64,000 bases of DNA from Sandaracinaceae bacterium (GTDB taxonomy: Bacteria > Myxococcota_A > Polyangia > Polyangiales > Sandaracinaceae): positions 15,125-79,124 of the forward strand of contig JBGAQA010000026.1 of NCBI GenBank assembly GCA_044220955.1, read 5' to 3'. Of this stretch, positions 9,027 to 18,380 are shown in pieces. The position numbers were made by a program, and so were the translations under genes. The notes beneath the pieces were generated by a model, which saw nothing but the letters and a program-made list of their open reading frames with translations, was not told where the DNA came from and made no database searches. How positions within the stretch are numbered: the stretch's first letter is position 1; every line of letters begins with the position of its first letter.

Positions 9027-10247
9027 ATGTCCAAGGTCGTGGTGCTCGGTGGCGGTGGTGGGATCGGCAGCGTCGCGGCGCGTGCGCTCGCGGCGCTCGA
9101 AGCGTTCGACGAGATCGTGGTCGCCGACCTCCGCGTGGACGAGGCGGCCAAGCTCGCGACGAGCCTCGGCGGCGGGCGCGTGACGTCCGCGCTCGTCGAC
9201 GTCGCCGACCCCGCCTCGATCGCGAGCGCGCTGCGCGGCGCGTCGGTGGTCCTCAACTGCGTCGGCCCGTTCTACCGCTTCGGGCTGCCGGTGCTGAAGG
9301 CCGCCCTCGAGGCGCGCGTGAACTACGTGGACGTCTGCGACGACCTCGCGCCCACGCGTGCCATGCTCGAGCTGGACGGTGCGGCCAGAGACGCTGGGGT
9401 CTCGGCCCTCGTCGGCATGGGCAACTCGCCGGGCCTCGCCAACGTCTTCGTGAAGCTCTGCGCCGAGATGCTCCTCGATCAGATCGAGGAGGTCGACATC
9501 ATGCACATCCACGGAGGCGAGCCCGAGGAGGGCCCCGCCGTGGTGAAGCACCGGATCCACGCGATGGTGAACGACGTCCCGCTCTTCATCGACGGGCGCT
9601 TCGTGAGCGTGCGTCAGCTCGAGGAGAGCGGACAGGCCTACGTGGTCGAGTCGGACTTCCGCAACGTCGGGCGCTTTCCGGTCTACCCGTATCCGCACCC
9701 CGAGACGATCACGCTCCCCGCGTACATCCCGGGGCTCAAGCGCGCGACCAACCTCGGCGTCATCTTCCCGCTCTCGTACTTCCGCCTGACGCAGGACATG
9801 GTGCGGGTCGGCGCGTGCGTCGAGACGCCGCTCGAGGTCGACGGGCACCGGATCTCGCCGCTCGACTTCTCGGTCGCGCACATCCTGCGGCGCCGTCCCG
9901 CGCTGCTCGCCGAGGCCGGCGTCCGCGGCCCGGCGGGCTGTCTCAAGGTCGTGGTGGGCGGGCTCAAGGCGGGCAAGAAGCAGTCGTTCGTGTTCCAGCT
10001 CTCGTCCACGTCCGCCGGCGCGGGCGAGGGGACCGGCATCCCCGCCGCCGTCGGGGCGGTGCTGATGGGTCGAGGCGCGATCACGCGCAAGGGAGTCTTC
10101 CCCCCGGAGGCCGCGGTGAGCCCGCTCGAGGTCATGACGCTCGCCCTCTCGGCGTCCAAGAAGCTCGGCGCCGGTGGATCGGACGCCGTCCACATCGAGT
10201 CGATCGACGAGCACGGCGAGCGACGGACCCTGCCGCTCTCGTTCTGA
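9027..10247 (+). CDS. Saccharopine dehydrogenase-like NAD(P)-dependent oxidoreductase
   Basis: GGGGGIG, NCVGPF, YVDVCDD, GMGNSPG, HPE and GVFPPE motifs; GGAGG RBS. Confidence 0.88.
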   Translation: MSKVVVLGGGGGIGSVAARALAALEAFDEIVVADLRVDEAAKLATSLGGGRVTSALVDVADPASIASALRGASVVLNCVGPFYRFGLPVLKAALEARVNYVDVCDDLAPTRAMLELDGAARDAGVSALVGMGNSPGLANVFVKLCAEMLLDQIEEVDIMHIHGGEPEEGPAVVKHRIHAMVNDVPLFIDGRFVSVRQLEESGQAYVVESDFRNVGRFPVYPYPHPETITLPAYIPGLKRATNLGVIFPLSYFRLTQDMVRVGACVETPLEVDGHRISPLDFSVAHILRRRPALLAEAGVRGPAGCLKVVVGGLKAGKKQSFVFQLSSTSAGAGEGTGIPAAVGAVLMGRGAITRKGVFPPEAAVSPLEVMTLALSASKKLGAGGSDAVHIESIDEHGERRTLPLSF

Positions 10248-10265
10248 ACGTCGGAGAATGGCGCG

Positions 10266-11765
10266 ATGCCAGTCTTCGTCGGCCACGACCTCGGGACGGG
10301 CGGCAACAAGGCCGTCGTCGTCGACGCCGAGGGGCGCCTGCTCGCGCACCACGTCGCGTCCTACCCGCTCGATCATCCTCGCCCCGGCTGGGCGGAGCAG
10401 AGCGCACAGGACTGGTGGCGCGCCGTGTGCGACTGCACGCGCGCGGTGCTGGAGCAGGCGGGCGTCACCCCGGACGACGTCGCGGGCGTCGCCTTCGCCG
10501 GGCAGATGCTCTCGCTCGTCGCGCTGCGGGCCGACGGAACGCCGTCGCGCCGCCCGATCATCTGGATGGACGGACGCGGCGAGGAACAGGCGCGCCGGCT
10601 GACGCGGCGGATGGGCGGCGAGCGCATCCTGCGCTTGCTCGCGGGCGGCTCGCCCACCGGCAAGGACGTCGTGGCGAAGATCGCCTGGATCGCCGACGAG
10701 GAGCCCGCGGTCTTCCGCGACACCGCGTTCTTCACCGACGCGACGGGGTACCTCGTGTCGCGCGCGACGGGGCGCGTCCGCATCGACCCCACCGCCGCCG
10801 GCGCCACCGGGATGCTCGACGCGCGGAAGCGGAGGTGGTCACGCCTGCTCTCGGCGGCGATCGCGTTCCCGCTCGAGAAGATGCCGCCGCTCGTGGCATC
10901 GACCGACGTGGCCGGCGGGCTCACGGCCGAGGCGGCCGAGGCGCTCGGGCTGCGCGCGGGCACGCCCGTGGCGATGGGGATGGCGGACATCCCGAGCGCG
11001 GCCGTCGGCTCGGGGGCCGTGCGCACGGGAGACGCGCACGTCTATCTCGGCACGTCGTCGTGGATCGGCGTCACCGTGGCGAGCCCCAAGCACGTCCCCG
11101 CGCACGGCATCGCGTCGGTCCCGGCGGTGCACCCGCGCGACTGCCTGATGATCGGAGAGTCCGAGACCGCGGGCGCGTGCCGCGCGTGGTTCGAGGAGCA
11201 CGTCGGCGCCGGAGACGACGCGACGCTCGACGCGCTGGCGGCGCGGGCCGAGCCAGGCTCGCGCGGCCTGCTCTTCTTCCCGTGGATGTTCGGCGAGCGC
11301 TCGCCCGTCCCCGACACGCGCGTTCGCGGCGCCTTCGTCAACCTCTCGCTCGATCACGGGCGCCACCACCTGATGCGCGCCGTGTACGAGGGGGTCGCGC
11401 TCAACCTCCGCTGGATCCTCGACGCGTGCGCCGCGGCGGGGGAGCCCTGCGCGAGCCTGCGCGCGATCGGCGGGGGCGCGCAGAGCGACGTGTGGCTCTC
11501 GATCCTCGCCGACGTCGTGCAGCGCCCGATCGAGCGCGTCCGCGATCCCCAGCACGCGGGTGCGGTCGGGTGCGCGCTGATCGCGGCCGTCGCGACGGGC
11601 GCGCTGCCCGGCGTCGAGGCGATCGGTCGGACCGTGCGCGTCGAGAAGCGCTTCGACCCGGAGCGCGCGAACGCGGCCGTGTACCGGGACGCGTACGACG
11701 TCTTCCGGGAGCTGCACCCGGCGCTCTCGCGCGCGGGCCGCCTCTGCCGGGCGCGGCCGCGATGA
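10266..11765 (+). CDS. FGGY-family carbohydrate kinase (xylulokinase-like)
   Basis: GHDLGTGG, GWAEQ, WMDGR, GERSP, EGVA, GGGAQS. Confidence 0.92.
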   Translation: MPVFVGHDLGTGGNKAVVVDAEGRLLAHHVASYPLDHPRPGWAEQSAQDWWRAVCDCTRAVLEQAGVTPDDVAGVAFAGQMLSLVALRADGTPSRRPIIWMDGRGEEQARRLTRRMGGERILRLLAGGSPTGKDVVAKIAWIADEEPAVFRDTAFFTDATGYLVSRATGRVRIDPTAAGATGMLDARKRRWSRLLSAAIAFPLEKMPPLVASTDVAGGLTAEAAEALGLRAGTPVAMGMADIPSAAVGSGAVRTGDAHVYLGTSSWIGVTVASPKHVPAHGIASVPAVHPRDCLMIGESETAGACRAWFEEHVGAGDDATLDALAARAEPGSRGLLFFPWMFGERSPVPDTRVRGAFVNLSLDHGRHHLMRAVYEGVALNLRWILDACAAAGEPCASLRAIGGGAQSDVWLSILADVVQRPIERVRDPQHAGAVGCALIAAVATGALPGVEAIGRTVRVEKRFDPERANAAVYRDAYDVFRELHPALSRAGRLCRARPR

Positions 11766-12379
11766 CGCCGAGGCGGCAAGAGCGCGGAGAGCAGACGCGG
11801 CGGGAGGTGCTCGAGGCGACCCTGCGCCTGCTCGCGCGCGAGGGTCCGCGCGGAGTCACGCACCGCGCCGTCGCCGCAGAGGCGGGCACCTCGGTGCGGG
11901 CCACGACGTACTACTTCCGGTCACGCGAGGAGCTCCTGCGAGAGTCGCTCGAGCACTACGCCACGACCGCCATCGCGCGCTTCGACGCGATCGGCGCGCC
12001 GCTCTCGGCCGACGTGACCACGCCGGTGGAGGCGGCGGCGGACCTCTTGGCCGCGACCGTCCTGAGCGACGTCGTGGACGACCGCGCGGGGCTCGTCGCG
12101 GAGTACGAGCTCGTGCTCGAGATCGGCCGCAACTCGGGCCTCGAGCCCGTCTACCGCGCGTGGCAGGACAAGCTCGAGTCGATCCTCGCTGGCTACGCCG
12201 AGATGCTCGGCTCGAGCGATCCCGCGCTCGACGCGCGCGTGGTGCTCGCGACGCTCCGCGGCCTCGAGATCGAGGCGCTGGCGCGGCCCTCGAGGAAGCC
12301 GAGCCGCGCGGAGCTGAGGAGGCTCTTCCGGGTGCTGCTCGAGGGTCTGGCCGCGCGCCGCCGGCCCGGCCCGGAGTGA
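11762..12379 (+). CDS. TetR family transcriptional regulator
   Basis: HTH GVTHRAVAAEAG...YYFRS; ATGA overlap with the kinase stop. Confidence 0.9.
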   Translation: MTPRRQERGEQTRREVLEATLRLLAREGPRGVTHRAVAAEAGTSVRATTYYFRSREELLRESLEHYATTAIARFDAIGAPLSADVTTPVEAAADLLAATVLSDVVDDRAGLVAEYELVLEIGRNSGLEPVYRAWQDKLESILAGYAEMLGSSDPALDARVVLATLRGLEIEALARPSRKPSRAELRRLFRVLLEGLAARRRPGPE

Positions 12380-12489
12380 GGCCGGCGCCCGGTCGTGGCC
12401 CCGCGACGCGTGCGTTCCGTCCGCGCGTGGCCGACCTCGTCGTGCATCATCGCCGGGTGCCGGACGGGAGCCGGCGCGCGGAGGTGTAG

Positions 12490-14079
12490 ATGATCGACGG
12501 ACGTTGGGGCCTGGGCTGGGTCGTGCTGGGGCTGACGGGCTGCTGCTTCGGGGCAGGGAGCGGCGGGAGCGGCACGGCGGTCGAAGGCGCAGAGGGCGCC
12601 GCGCCCGAGGCGGTCGTCCTCTCGCAGGTGGCCGTCGCGTCGGATCACGCCTGCGCCGTGACGGCGTCGGGGACCGTCGAGTGCTGGGGCCTCAACTCGC
12701 ACGGTCAGCTCGGCAACGGGACGACGACGGCGAGCCCGACGACCGCCGTGGTGGTCGCCGGCATCCACGACGCCGTCGAGGTGGACGTGATGTTCATGGT
12801 GAGCTGCGCCCGCCGACGCGACGGCACGGTGTGGTGCTGGGGGCGGGGCGACTCGCTCGGCACGGGCGTCGCCGCCGACGCCACCACCCCCGTGCAGGTC
12901 CCCGGCGTGGCGAACGCGGTCGATCTCTCGCTCGGCCTCGGGGCCACCGTCGTCACCGCCGACGGCGACGTCGCCGGCTGGGGCACGAACCTGCTCGGCC
13001 TGCTCGGCCTGCCGGGGTGGATCGAGGAGGTGCCCACGCCGCTCGGGATCGTGCACCACGACGCGACCGTCGAGGCGATCCCGAGCGGGTTCGGCGGGTG
13101 CGGCCGGACGAGCACGGGCCGCGGGTTCTGCTGGGGCGGCGTCGCCGACCGCGTACACCTGCCGACGACGGGCGTGGACGCGATCACCGCCAACCTCCAG
13201 ACGTGCTTCCGCGCGAACGGCGTGTGGTCCTGCACCGGCCCGAACCCGAACGGCGAGCTCGGCGTCACGACGCAGGACTCGACCGATCTCATCCCGTTCC
13301 CGCGCGCCAACGTGCAGACGCTCGTCGCCGCGTTCGGGGCGACGTGGGTGCTGGCGACCGACGGCTCGATCGACTGCGTGGGCAGCGAGTGCGACGTCGG
13401 CTTCCCGCGCCCGACGCTGACGGCGGTGCAGCAGATCGACGCCGACGGCGACTACGTGTGTGCAAGGCTCGCCGCGGGCGTGCACTGCTGGGGGCGCATC
13501 ACCGAGTCGACGGCCGACGCGCCGAGCTGGGCCTGGGTCGGCGGCATGCCGATCGTGCTGAGCGGCGCGGAGCCCGGGCCCGCGGGCCCCGTGATCCCCG
13601 CCCGCCCGGTGGCCCCGGCGCAGCTCGTGGGCGAGGTGGCCGGGCACACGTCCCCCGTCGAGATGCGGGACCTGACGCCACCGGGCCCGGCCGACGCGCT
13701 CGCCGTCGGTCAGGTCGTCGGCGCACAGCAGGGGCACGGCCCCTGGTACGAGGCGCGCATCACGGAGCTCCGTCCCGACGGCCGCGTGAGCGTGCTCTTC
13801 GAGGATCGGTCGCGGGCGACGCTCGACCGCAGCCGCCTGCACGTCGGACCGTTCTACGCGGTGCCCGACGGCCTGTCGCGCAGCGACCTGCCGCTCATCG
13901 GCCCGACCGCCGTCGCGCCCGGAACGCCCGTGCTCGCGTACGAGAGCTACTGGTTCGAGGGCCGCGTGGTGTCGGACGACGGCGGCTCACGGGTGCGCGT
14001 GCACTGGCTCGGCAACCCGGACTCGGCCGACTCGAACGTCAGCCGCACGCAGGTGCGCCTCCTGCCGGCGACGCACTGA
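12490..14079 (+). CDS. Lipoprotein with RCC1/BLIP-II repeats and two C-terminal Tudor/Agenet-like domains
   Basis: LTGC lipobox; repeated CWG-N-GQLG blades; WYEARI and WFEGRV...VHW beta-barrel motifs. Confidence 0.75.
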   Translation: MIDGRWGLGWVVLGLTGCCFGAGSGGSGTAVEGAEGAAPEAVVLSQVAVASDHACAVTASGTVECWGLNSHGQLGNGTTTASPTTAVVVAGIHDAVEVDVMFMVSCARRRDGTVWCWGRGDSLGTGVAADATTPVQVPGVANAVDLSLGLGATVVTADGDVAGWGTNLLGLLGLPGWIEEVPTPLGIVHHDATVEAIPSGFGGCGRTSTGRGFCWGGVADRVHLPTTGVDAITANLQTCFRANGVWSCTGPNPNGELGVTTQDSTDLIPFPRANVQTLVAAFGATWVLATDGSIDCVGSECDVGFPRPTLTAVQQIDADGDYVCARLAAGVHCWGRITESTADAPSWAWVGGMPIVLSGAEPGPAGPVIPARPVAPAQLVGEVAGHTSPVEMRDLTPPGPADALAVGQVVGAQQGHGPWYEARITELRPDGRVSVLFEDRSRATLDRSRLHVGPFYAVPDGLSRSDLPLIGPTAVAPGTPVLAYESYWFEGRVVSDDGGSRVRVHWLGNPDSADSNVSRTQVRLLPATH

Positions 14080-14094
14080 GAGATCGTCCCGAGC

Positions 14095-15141
14095 TTGCTT
14101 CGGCTCTCCACCCCGATCCCTTCCGCCCGCGCGCTCCTCGTCGCGTCCTCGCTCGTCGCGTGCACCCCGAGCGCGGCGCGCACGGACGCCGGCCCGGCGC
14201 TCGACGCCCCCGCGGTGACGGACGCGGCGGCATCGGCGGACGCGCCCTCCACCGACGCGTTCCTCGCTCCCGACGGCGGCCCGCCCACGTGCCCGGTCAC
14301 CCTCCCCTCGCCGCTCTCCTTCACCCTCGCCCACGGCGCGTTCCCCGGCAGCGGCCACCCCGACGTCGCGGTGCACGTGCCCGCCGGCTACGACGCCTGC
14401 GCGCCGCAGGGAGCGATCGTCTACTTCCACGGGTTCCACAACTGCGTGCTGAACGCGATCGGCAGCACGGCCACGGAGTGCACGTCCGGCGCGGGAGCGC
14501 GCACCGCGCACCACCTCGTCGAGCAGCTCGACGCCGCGCACGTCAACGCGCTGCTCATCGCGGTCGAGGTCGCGTACGACGAGGCGAGCGGCGCCACCGG
14601 CGCGCTCGCCAGCGAGGGCGGGCTCGGCGATCTGCTGAGCGAGCTCTTCGACGACCACCTCGGCGCGATGCTCGGCCGCCCGACGTCGCTGGCCGATCTC
14701 GATCGGGTCGTGCTCGCGAGCCACTCGGGCGGCTACACGGCCGTCGCCCGCGCGCTCGATCGCGGACACGTGCCCGGCGTGCGCGAGGTGATGCTCTTCG
14801 ACTCGCTCTACGGCGAGACGGCCGTGTACGACGGCTACACGGTCGATCAGCTCGCGCGCTTCGATCCCTCGTCGGCCGGAGCGCTCCGCTTCGCGGTCGT
14901 CTACTCGGACGGCGGCGGCACCGACGCGAATTCGCGCGCGCTCGGCGCCCGCATCGAGACCGGCCTCGCCGCGCTCGGCCACCCGGAGTGGCTCCTCCTC
15001 GACGACACCACGGCGACGCTCGAGCCCGCCGCCTTCGCGCACCCGCTGCTCGTGAAGCACAGCATGCTCAGCCACGACGGCGTCGTGCTCTACTACTTCC
15101 AGCGCTTCGTCTCGGCGGCCGGCTTCGCGCCGCTGCCCTGA
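14095..15141 (+). CDS. Alpha/beta-hydrolase-fold lipoprotein
   Basis: LVAC lipobox, YFHG, nucleophile elbow SHSGG, FDSLYG, C-terminal HD; start uncertain. Confidence 0.7.
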   Translation: MLRLSTPIPSARALLVASSLVACTPSAARTDAGPALDAPAVTDAAASADAPSTDAFLAPDGGPPTCPVTLPSPLSFTLAHGAFPGSGHPDVAVHVPAGYDACAPQGAIVYFHGFHNCVLNAIGSTATECTSGAGARTAHHLVEQLDAAHVNALLIAVEVAYDEASGATGALASEGGLGDLLSELFDDHLGAMLGRPTSLADLDRVVLASHSGGYTAVARALDRGHVPGVREVMLFDSLYGETAVYDGYTVDQLARFDPSSAGALRFAVVYSDGGGTDANSRALGARIETGLAALGHPEWLLLDDTTATLEPAAFAHPLLVKHSMLSHDGVVLYYFQRFVSAAGFAPLP

Positions 15142-15165
15142 TCCGGCGGATCCCGCGCGCCCGGG

Positions 15166-16134
15166 TCAGTGCACGAGCAGGTCGTTCGCGGCGAGCCAGC
15201 GCTCGGCCTCGATCGCGGCCATGCAGCCGGTGCCCGCGGCCGTGACGGCCTGGCGGTACACGTGGTCCTGCACGTCGCCCGAGGCGAACACGCCCTCGAC
15301 GTTCGTGCGCGTGGTGCCCGCCGCCGTCTTCAGGTAGCCGGTCTCCTCCATCTCGAGGACGCCCTGGAAGAGCTGCGTGTTCGGCTCGTGGCCGATCGCG
15401 ACGAAGAGGCCCTGCGTCGGGTGCACGTTGGTCTCGCCGGTGAGGAGGTTCTTCACCTCGATGCCCGAGATCGTCTCCTGGTGGCCCGTGCCCGCGGAGA
15501 GCACCTTCGTCACGGCGCAGTCGAGCAGCCACTTGATCTTGGGGTGCTTCTGCGCGCGCTCGACCATGATGCGCGACGCGCGGAACTCCTTGCGCCGGTG
15601 GATGACCGTGACGGTCTTGCAGAGGCCGGCGAGGTAGAGCGCCTCCTCCATCGCGGTGTCACCGCCGCCGACGACGCACACGTCCTGGTTCCTGAAGAAG
15701 TAGCCGTCGCACGTCGCGCAGGCGCTCACGCCCTTGCTCTCGAGCTCCTTCTCGCCCGGGACGTGCAGCCACTTGGCCTTCGCGCCCGTCGAGATGATCA
15801 CCGCGTTCGAGAGGATCTCGCGGCCGTCGTCGCAGACGGTCGTGAACGGGCGCCTGGCGAAGTCGACCTTCACGACGTCGCTCGAGACGATCTCGGTTCC
15901 GAAGCGCTCGGCCTGCGCCTTCCACCTCGCCATGAGGTCGGGCCCCGTGATGCCCTCGGGGAAGCCCGGGTAGTTCTCGACGGTCGAGGTGATCATCAGC
16001 TGACCCCCCGCGATGCCGCCGACGGCCACGCCCTCGACGCAGACGGGCTTGAGGTTGGCGCGCGCGGCGTAGATGGCGGCCGTGAGGCCGGCCGGGCCCG
16101 ATCCGATGATGACGACGTTGCGAACCGAGCTCAT
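15166..16134 (-). CDS. trxB: Thioredoxin-disulfide reductase
   Basis: GSGPAG, CATCDG redox motif, GGGDTA, HRR, GDVQD, RQAVTAAG. Confidence 0.97.
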   Translation of the reverse strand: MSSVRNVVIIGSGPAGLTAAIYAARANLKPVCVEGVAVGGIAGGQLMITSTVENYPGFPEGITGPDLMARWKAQAERFGTEIVSSDVVKVDFARRPFTTVCDDGREILSNAVIISTGAKAKWLHVPGEKELESKGVSACATCDGYFFRNQDVCVVGGGDTAMEEALYLAGLCKTVTVIHRRKEFRASRIMVERAQKHPKIKWLLDCAVTKVLSAGTGHQETISGIEVKNLLTGETNVHPTQGLFVAIGHEPNTQLFQGVLEMEETGYLKTAAGTTRTNVEGVFASGDVQDHVYRQAVTAAGTGCMAAIEAERWLAANDLLVH

Positions 16135-16236
16135 GGGTTTCCTCCGCGGGATGCGATTCGTGGAGCAGCGCGGCAGGGTTGGCAAGCGGCCGATTTCTGG
16201 ACGCACCCGGGCGGCGACGAGAGATTCCGGCTCTCG

Positions 16237-17817
16237 GTGCTCGTCGCGCGTCGATACCTCTTTCTCTGCGTGCTCCCGGCGGTGCTCGGCCCGGGCTGCG
16301 AGGACGCGCGCGAGGCGGACCTCCTGGAGGTGACGAGCGTCGGACCGGCCGAGATCGGCCCCGGGCATTCGCTCGTCGTCGAGGGCGGGCCCTTCGCCAT
16401 CCACCACCCCGTGAGCGTCCGGCTCATCGGTCAGCTCGCGCGTCCCTTCGAGCCGGCGGAGCCGATCACCGAGGACTTCCGCGCGCAGGCCGTGGCCGAG
16501 GGGCGCATCGAGGTGACCATCGCCGAGCGCACCCTGCGCGAGCGCTTCGGGCGGGCGACCTTCCACGGCGCGGTCGAGGTGCGCGAGGAGGCACGCTGGC
16601 AAGGGCTGCCGGGCGCCGTGCTGGGACGCTCGAGCGAGGTCACGATCGACTTCGTGCCCGCGCGATCCATCGACACCACCGAGCGATCGCTCGATCGCGT
16701 GCTCGGCGTCGCGTGGATGCCCTCGAGCGCGCCGGGCCTGGCCATCGCGAGCGTGGACCCCGAGGGCCGCGGCCGCGCGCTCGGCCTCGCCCCGGGCGAC
16801 GTGCTGCTCGGCGAAGGCGATGCGCGCTTCGTGCCTGGCGATGCGCCGGTCGTCCCGGCGGACGTTCTCTCCGTGGATCTCGCGCTGCTGCGTGAGGGGG
16901 AGCCCGAGCGCCGTGTGGCGTGCGTGCTCGGCGACCGACGCGACGACGACGCGGCGCGCGACCTCGCCCGGCTCGCGCAGCTCGCGATCGTGCTCGCCTG
17001 GATCGCCCTGCTCCGCGCGCTCCCCCTCGCGTCGATCGACTACGCCGCGCCGCGTCCCGCGCCCGCGCTGACGCGACCCTCGGCCGCGCTCCTGGCGCGC
17101 GCGGCCGGCTCGATCGTGATCGCGTACGGCCTGGTCCGCCTGGCGGCGAGCGGCTTGGCGCCGTCCCTGCCCGTCGTGATCGCCGCGCTGGCGGGCCTAC
17201 GGGCGGCGATCCGCTTCGCGGACGCGCGCGGCGAGCCCCGCTCACTGCCCCTCGCGGTCGGTGGAGCGCTCGGGCTCGCCGCCGGGCTCTCCGTCCTGCC
17301 GATCGCAGAGGGCAGCGCCGACCTCGCGACGCTCACGCGCGACGGGTCGGCGAGCGTGCTCGCCTGGCCGCTCTTCGCGCAGCCCGCGGGACCGATCGCG
17401 CTCGGCCTCGTGGGCGTCAGCGTGGCGACGAGCCGCCCGTCCCAGCGAGCGCTCGGGCTGCTCGACGATCTCGTGGTGCTCGCGATCGGCTCGCTCGTCG
17501 TCATCGAGGGCACGGGCCTCTCGCCCGTGGGGCGCGCGGGAGTCGTGGCGCTCTCGGTCTCGACCGCGCTCACCACGTGGCTCCTCGCCCAGGTGCGCGG
17601 CCGCATCTCCGCCCTGCCGGCCGCGATCGCCATCGCGGGCCTCGTCGCCCTGGCCGGGCTCTCGCTCGGCGCGTGGACCTTCGCCGACCCCTCGACGCTC
17701 GCGCGAACGACGGCGGCCGAGACCGTGCTGGTGATGAGCGCGGCCCTGGCGCTCTCGCTCGTTCACCGCGCGATGCGGACGCGGGCCCCGGCGCGCGTCT
17801 CGCACGCGCTGCTCTGA
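16237..17817 (+). CDS. Hypothetical protein: lipoprotein-type N-terminus, PDZ-like segment, polytopic membrane C-terminus
   Basis: GPGC after a hydrophobic stretch; GLAIASV...LGLAPGDVL; about 9-10 hydrophobic segments; start estimated. Confidence 0.6.
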   Translation: MLVARRYLFLCVLPAVLGPGCEDAREADLLEVTSVGPAEIGPGHSLVVEGGPFAIHHPVSVRLIGQLARPFEPAEPITEDFRAQAVAEGRIEVTIAERTLRERFGRATFHGAVEVREEARWQGLPGAVLGRSSEVTIDFVPARSIDTTERSLDRVLGVAWMPSSAPGLAIASVDPEGRGRALGLAPGDVLLGEGDARFVPGDAPVVPADVLSVDLALLREGEPERRVACVLGDRRDDDAARDLARLAQLAIVLAWIALLRALPLASIDYAAPRPAPALTRPSAALLARAAGSIVIAYGLVRLAASGLAPSLPVVIAALAGLRAAIRFADARGEPRSLPLAVGGALGLAAGLSVLPIAEGSADLATLTRDGSASVLAWPLFAQPAGPIALGLVGVSVATSRPSQRALGLLDDLVVLAIGSLVVIEGTGLSPVGRAGVVALSVSTALTTWLLAQVRGRISALPAAIAIAGLVALAGLSLGAWTFADPSTLARTTAAETVLVMSAALALSLVHRAMRTRAPARVSHALL

Positions 17818-17842
17818 CCAGCTCGGGCGCTCGCCGGTGTCG

Positions 17843-18292
17843 TCAGCCGATCGTGATCTCGCGGCGCGTGCGCCAGACGCCGTGCTGGTTGCAGCGCGCG
17901 CGCGCGACGAGCACGGCCGGACCGTGCAGCACGATCGGGACGCGCACGATCGGAAAGGGCACGTCCGCCCCGAGATCGATGACCGCGACGCGCTGCTCGT
18001 CGAGGCAGACCTCGATCCAGTCGATGTGGTGCGCGGCGCTCATCTCGTGGGGGCGCAGCCCGATCTGAACCGCGAGGTCGAACGGACGACCGACGCGCAC
18101 GTGCCGCGGCAGCGTGAGCACCGGTACGTGCGAGCGCTCCTGGTCCGTCAGCGCCTCCGCGTCGACCGGCTCACGCCCCGCGGGCTCCCCGGTGCCGCTC
18201 CACTCCTCGCGGGGGCATCGCTGCGCTCGCGCCGCCCCGGGCGAGGCCACGAGCAGGGCGAGCGAGCCCAGAGCGAACGCGCGCCGATCCAT
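17843..18292 (-). CDS. Desulfoferrodoxin/neelaredoxin (superoxide reductase-like) domain with Tat signal
   Basis: RRAF signal; SHVP, HEM...HHIDWI, CNQHGVW give a His4Cys set. Confidence 0.8.
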   Translation of the reverse strand: MDRRAFALGSLALLVASPGAARAQRCPREEWSGTGEPAGREPVDAEALTDQERSHVPVLTLPRHVRVGRPFDLAVQIGLRPHEMSAAHHIDWIEVCLDEQRVAVIDLGADVPFPIVRVPIVLHGPAVLVARARCNQHGVWRTRREITIG

Positions 18293-18380
18293 GCGGACAA
18301 CCATAGCCCCGACGTCGGCACGCGGCTCGCAGGTCGTCTCGCCGGTGCGCCGCGCTGTGCCGCGGCCGGGAGCGAGCCGG

